A stretch of 64,000 nucleotides of DNA, from NCBI RefSeq assembly GCF_021869535.1, contig NW_026262581.1:112778001-112842000 (forward strand). Reading direction: 5' to 3'. The notes below the pieces were generated by a model. It was given only the letters and a program-made list of their open reading frames with translations, was not told where the DNA came from and searched no databases. This document shows positions 63,337 through 64,000 of the stretch, in pieces. The stretch comes from Mytilus californianus. Lineage: Eukaryota. Made by a program: the position numbers and the translations under genes. Numbering within the stretch: position 1 is the stretch's first letter; each line of letters starts with the position of its first letter.

Positions 63337-63581
63337 GTAAGTGCCATTATATATAAGTATGTAAAGAAAAATTTACTGTTAAAAAAAAATACAGTGCATT
63401 ACTGTATTTTACAAAAAGAAAATCAAATATTTCTTATCAAAAGTATTTCCATTACTTAAAAATAATTTCTAAGCACTTTATTGTTGAGAATTCCTTTATA
63501 AAATAATGTATGTTAGTAAATTTAGACTTTTTATGATATAATAACATGTTTTCGGTTGTAATAATATAATACTAACATTTT

Positions 63582-63830
63582 TATACGACCGCAAACAAAT
63601 TTTGTGGTCGTATATTGGTATGACATTGGCTTCGTCATCGTCCGAAGACACATTGGTTTTTCGCACTCATAACTTCATTCTGTGTCAGAAACCTATGCTG
63701 TGTCAAATATTTAATCACAATCCAAATTCACTGCTGTATCAAGCTTGAATGTTGTGTCCATACTTGCCCCAACTGTTCAGGGTTCGACCTCTGCGGTCGT
63801 ATCAAGCTGCGACCAGCGGAGCATTTTATT
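63582..63830 (+). mobile_element. Minimal (~250 bp) internally deleted family B element
   Basis: The 5' ~85 nt (palindrome, GTC, CGAAGACACATTGG) is fused directly to the 3' ~155 nt. Confidence 0.88.
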
Positions 63831-64000
63831 GTAATTCATGTCACAGAAATTAGTATACTACAACAGTTGATACTTTTACAGTACTTAATTAACAGACAAA
63901 TAAAGAATGCATGATTTACTCATTTCTCAGTGCTATAACTGCAATATAAAATAAAAGGTTTTAAACACAATTAGCCATGTTTTATTAAAAGTGCATTCAT

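Noticed and set aside
63337-64000. Selenocysteine codon or SECIS of SELENOI
   Set aside because: The C-terminal exons and 3'UTR lie outside the window, so selenoprotein status cannot be assessed.

Overview
AT-rich eukaryotic genomic DNA with GT-AG spliceosomal introns. The repeat families suggest a bivalve mollusc, probably Mytilus (inference from recalled repeat consensus, not checked). I hand-spliced four conserved multi-exon genes, arranged as two tight head-to-head pairs: PDCD2(-)/PITHD1(+) with ATGs 146 nt apart, and ENDOU(-)/SELENOI(+) with ATGs 245 nt apart. SELENOI runs off the window end. Introns and intergenic DNA hold a young CR1/L2-type LINE, a decayed Tc1, many MITEs, nested Helentron/HINE-like elements carrying satellite arrays, a Penelope RT fragment, SINEs and a fossil hammerhead retrozyme. 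The standout is an intronless 92-aa non-histone ORF (4970-5248, minus strand). It has a canonically spaced TATA+Inr promoter and a textbook replication-dependent histone 3' processing signal (16-nt stem-loop, ACACA, purine-rich HDE). All coordinates were counted by hand and may be off by a few nt at repeat edges.
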